Below, piece after piece: positions 61,233 to 64,000 of a stretch of DNA of 64,000 nucleotides. A program made the position numbers and the translations under genes. Numbering within the stretch: the first letter of the stretch is position 1; each line of letters begins with the position of its first letter. The DNA comes from an uncultured Planctomycetota bacterium (GTDB lineage: Bacteria > Planctomycetota > Planctomycetia > Isosphaerales > Isosphaeraceae). The DNA lies in assembly GCA_963737655.1 (NCBI GenBank), contig CAVTTN010000002.1:3104001-3168000 (forward strand), given 5' to 3'. The notes under the pieces were generated by a model. It was not told the DNA's origin and searched no databases. It saw only the letters and a program-made list of their open reading frames with translations.

Positions 61233-61469
61233 ATGGATCATTGCCTGAACAAGCTGGATGAGATCCTCGCCCGAGGGACCGACGACCGCCGATCCGTCCT
61301 GCAACTCGGCTACAACCTCGGCCGGTTGAGCGAGCTGTCCGGCCTGGGCCGCTCGGCGTTCTGGGACCAGTGGAAAGGGCCCGTGGAGCGGTGGGACCTG
61401 CCCTCGATGCAGGCCCTGGCCCAGTCGCTCCGGCGCGACCTGGGGTCCGGACCAGAGACGCTCCCCTAG
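61233..61469 (+). CDS. Small hypothetical protein
   Basis: MDHCLNKLDEILARG...QLGYNLGRLSELSG; plausible codon usage. Confidence 0.55.
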   Translation: MDHCLNKLDEILARGTDDRRSVLQLGYNLGRLSELSGLGRSAFWDQWKGPVERWDLPSMQALAQSLRRDLGSGPETLP

Positions 61470-61496
61470 AGTTGTCCTGGGACTGGGTACACATCC

Positions 61497-61555
61497 GTAG
61501 GGCAGGCCTCAGCCTGCCGAGATTGGCGAGGACGGCAGGCCGAGGCCTGCCCTAT
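61497..61555. repeat. GTAG-type REP doublet (REPIN-like), copy 2
   Basis: GTAGGGCAGGCCTCAGCCTGCCG-agattggcgagga-CGGCAGGCCGAGGCCTGCCCTAT; same length as and near-identical to 56292-56350. Confidence 0.8.
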
Positions 61556-61902
61556 ACGGGGGCGCGATCCGACCGAGGACCGCTCGGAATTGAGGCGAGA
61601 ATCGGCCCTGGCGGTCCGTCCGCGAGGTTCTCCGGCGAATTGCCGCGCAAAGGGGCCGCAAACCCGTCCGCTCGCGAAGAAGTTTTTGCGAAGATGGGGA
61701 GCAATTCGGCATTATCGACCGAAAAAGGTTCTATAATCTCCAAAACGCCCGACAATCCGGCGAAAGTTCGCGGATTTTTCCTTGCAACCGGCGGAGGCGG
61801 CATCCCAGAATGGGTCTCGACGGTCCTAAGGATATGGTCGTTCCTGAACAGACGGTCCACGGATGCCCCGTGCTCCAGGCACGAACTCAGGAGCCAGCCC
61901 CG

Positions 61903-62133
61903 ATGAACCAGCACCACCTCGCGGTCGACGGCGACTCGCTCGTCCAGCAAGTCGAGGACCGCGTCCGCCAGACGACTCACGGACGAATTCGCGGCCTGGC
62001 GGTGGAAGAGATCCAGGGGAACGTGGTGATCCGGGGCCAGGTCCCCTCGCACCACACCCGGCAACTGGCGCTCCACGCCGCCCTCGAATTGCTCGGGGGG
62101 GACCGCTGCCGGTCCTTCATCACCGTAGGTTGA
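61903..62133 (+). CDS. Small BON-like domain protein
   Basis: GRIRGLAVE...VVIRGQVPSHHTRQLA pattern; AGGAG upstream. Confidence 0.7.
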   Translation: MNQHHLAVDGDSLVQQVEDRVRQTTHGRIRGLAVEEIQGNVVIRGQVPSHHTRQLALHAALELLGGDRCRSFITVG

Positions 62134-62287
62134 CCGGCCCGGCCTTCTCCGTCTGACCTTCGCTCGATCGACCCTGGACGACCCGGGCCGGGCGCCCTCG
62201 ATCCGCCTCGAAGTTGACGGCTCCCCGCGATTGGCGCACCATGAACGGCCTGTTTGTCGGTCCGAGCCGTCTTCCGAGGAGCCTTTC

Positions 62288-63775
62288 ATGATCCGATTGA
62301 CCCGCGCCTCGCTGGCGGTGGGAGTGATCCTCGCCCTGACCTCGCCCGCCGCACCGGCCCAGGAATCCTGGGACGCGATCTATCTCGGCGGCTCGAAGGT
62401 CGGCCACACTCACGTGACCATCGAGCCCGTGAAAGACAAGGCGGGGCGGAGCCTGGTCCGGGTCCGCGTCGATTGGGACCTCACGTTCCGTCGCGGCAAG
62501 AACCACGCGCGGATGAAGCTGATGTACGGGACGATCGAGACGCCCGACGGCGAGGTCATCCGGCTCGACACCCGCACCCACGCCGCCCAGAACGACGATC
62601 GCACCTATGGCGACGTCAAGGACGGCGCCATGGTCCTGATCCACGAGAACGGCGGCAATCGCCAGCAGGAACGGATCGCCTGGGGCCCCGAGGTCCGCGG
62701 GCCTTATGGCTCCGAGCTCAGCCTTTCGCGGAAGCCGATCGCCCCGGGCGAGGCCCGCGAGGTCAAGACGTATATCCCCGACCTGAACAAGGTTTGCGTC
62801 ACGAGGCTCGTGGCCAAGGACAAGGAGCCGGTGCCGATCGGCCAGGCCGGGGAGAAGCGTGAGCTGCTCCGCGTGGAGCAGGCCGTCCTGGGCGAGGACG
62901 GCAAGCCTCTTCCCGGGATGACCTCGACCCTCTGGATCGACGCCTCGGGCCAGATCCTCAAGAGCCATACCGACTTATTCGGCGGGATGGAGACCTTCCG
63001 GACCACCAAGGCCGGCGCCCTGGCCGAGGGGAACGATCGATTCGACCTGATGGCCCACGCCGTGCTCCGGGTCAAGGACATCCCGGACCCCGAGAAGAGC
63101 CGGCAAATCGTTTACCGGGTCACCTCGACCGACGACGACCTCGCCAGCGTCTTCCCGAACGACCGCCGACAGGAATACACCCCGGGAACGGTCAAGGGGA
63201 CCGGGACTTTGACCGTCCGGATGGCCAGGATCAACGACGGACTGGCCGATGGGGCCGAGCCGGACCCGGAATTCCTTCGCCCCAACCCCCTGGTCAACAG
63301 CGATGACCCCCGGGTCGTCCGTCTGATGAAGAGCGCGACCAAGGGAGTCCGGGCGGATGACCCCTGGGCCAAATCGGTGGCGATCGAGGATTGGGTGGCC
63401 ACGAACATCAAGGACAAGAATTTCAGCACCGCGTTCGCCTCGGCCGCCGAGGTCGCCAAGAACCTTCAGGGGGACTGCTCCGAGCACAGCGTCCTGGTGG
63501 CCGCGATGTGCCGTGCCGCCGGCGTTCCCGCTCGATGCGTCGTCGGCGTGGTCTACTCGCCGAACCTCGGGGGGTTCGGGCCTCACATGTGGAACGAGGT
63601 GTTCGTCAACGGCCGATGGGTCGCGATCGACGCGGCGTTCCATCAGTCGGAGGTCGATGCGACCCATCTCAAGCTGTCGGCGACGAGCCTCGACGGCGTG
63701 GCGCCGTTCCAGGCGTTCCTGCCCGTGCTGAAGGTGTTCGGCCCGCTGTCGCTGGAGCCGATCGAGATCCGCTGA
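62288..63775 (+). CDS. Secreted transglutaminase-like domain protein
   Basis: Signal peptide, GDCSEHS (Cys), HMWNEV (His), WVAIDA (Asp) triad. Confidence 0.88.
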   Translation: MIRLTRASLAVGVILALTSPAAPAQESWDAIYLGGSKVGHTHVTIEPVKDKAGRSLVRVRVDWDLTFRRGKNHARMKLMYGTIETPDGEVIRLDTRTHAAQNDDRTYGDVKDGAMVLIHENGGNRQQERIAWGPEVRGPYGSELSLSRKPIAPGEAREVKTYIPDLNKVCVTRLVAKDKEPVPIGQAGEKRELLRVEQAVLGEDGKPLPGMTSTLWIDASGQILKSHTDLFGGMETFRTTKAGALAEGNDRFDLMAHAVLRVKDIPDPEKSRQIVYRVTSTDDDLASVFPNDRRQEYTPGTVKGTGTLTVRMARINDGLADGAEPDPEFLRPNPLVNSDDPRVVRLMKSATKGVRADDPWAKSVAIEDWVATNIKDKNFSTAFASAAEVAKNLQGDCSEHSVLVAAMCRAAGVPARCVVGVVYSPNLGGFGPHMWNEVFVNGRWVAIDAAFHQSEVDATHLKLSATSLDGVAPFQAFLPVLKVFGPLSLEPIEIR

Positions 63776-63917
63776 ACGGGCCGTTTGCGGATAATCCGAG
63801 AGGGCCCCGGATTTTACTCGCCGTGATCCCCCCCGCCCGTTCGCTTGTTACAATAGGGACGGGCCGGGCGGATCGGCCGATCTGCCCGGCCCCGAGCCCC
63901 AGCCTTTTGAGGGGACC

Positions 63918-64000
63918 ATGGAACGGCACATCCGGCGGAACCTCGCGCTCCTCGCTCTGGCGGCCCTGAGCGGAGGCCCAGCCTGGGGGCAGGCGGCCCC
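63918..64000 (+). CDS. Start of a secreted protein (truncated by window edge)
   Basis: GAGGGG RBS + MERHIRRNLALLALAALSGGPAWGQAA signal peptide. Confidence 0.6.
   Translation, partial: MERHIRRNLALLALAALSGGPAWGQAA

Overview
High-GC bacterial chromosomal window. Gene content and style suggest Planctomycetota, probably Isosphaeraceae-like (inference only). Left to right: the 5' part of a minus-strand nuo (complex I) operon, nuoA-B-C-D-E-[two small inserted genes]-nuoF; secreted hypothetical proteins; fabZ, trmB, purF and proB; a PEP-CTERM protein; a Tat-signal ThDP enzyme; an ABC-transporter-dependent glycan locus (wzm/wzt, a GT-C, two double-GT4 proteins); a lipase, a PDZ protein and prpD; an MBOAT plus three SGNH-like O-acylation genes; a membrane-embedded sigma54 activator; a Mesh1-like HD hydrolase; DAHP synthase; secreted hydrolases (M28 peptidase, esterase, triple amidohydrolase); a beta-propeller/di-heme cytochrome; BON and transglutaminase-like proteins. 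About nine genes are split by single-base frameshifts, most likely long-read errors. Strongest non-obvious signals: (1) a complete leader-peptide attenuator (W-Y-W-L-F codons, a 15-bp antiterminator, an intrinsic terminator) ahead of DAHP synthase; (2) a perfect Rex-type operator before nuoA; (3) a toxin/immunity-like gene pair inside the nuo operon; (4) a Tat-exported ThDP enzyme; (5) several REP/REPIN-like palindromes and an orphan sigma54-like promoter. No rRNA, tRNA, CRISPR array or transposase was seen.
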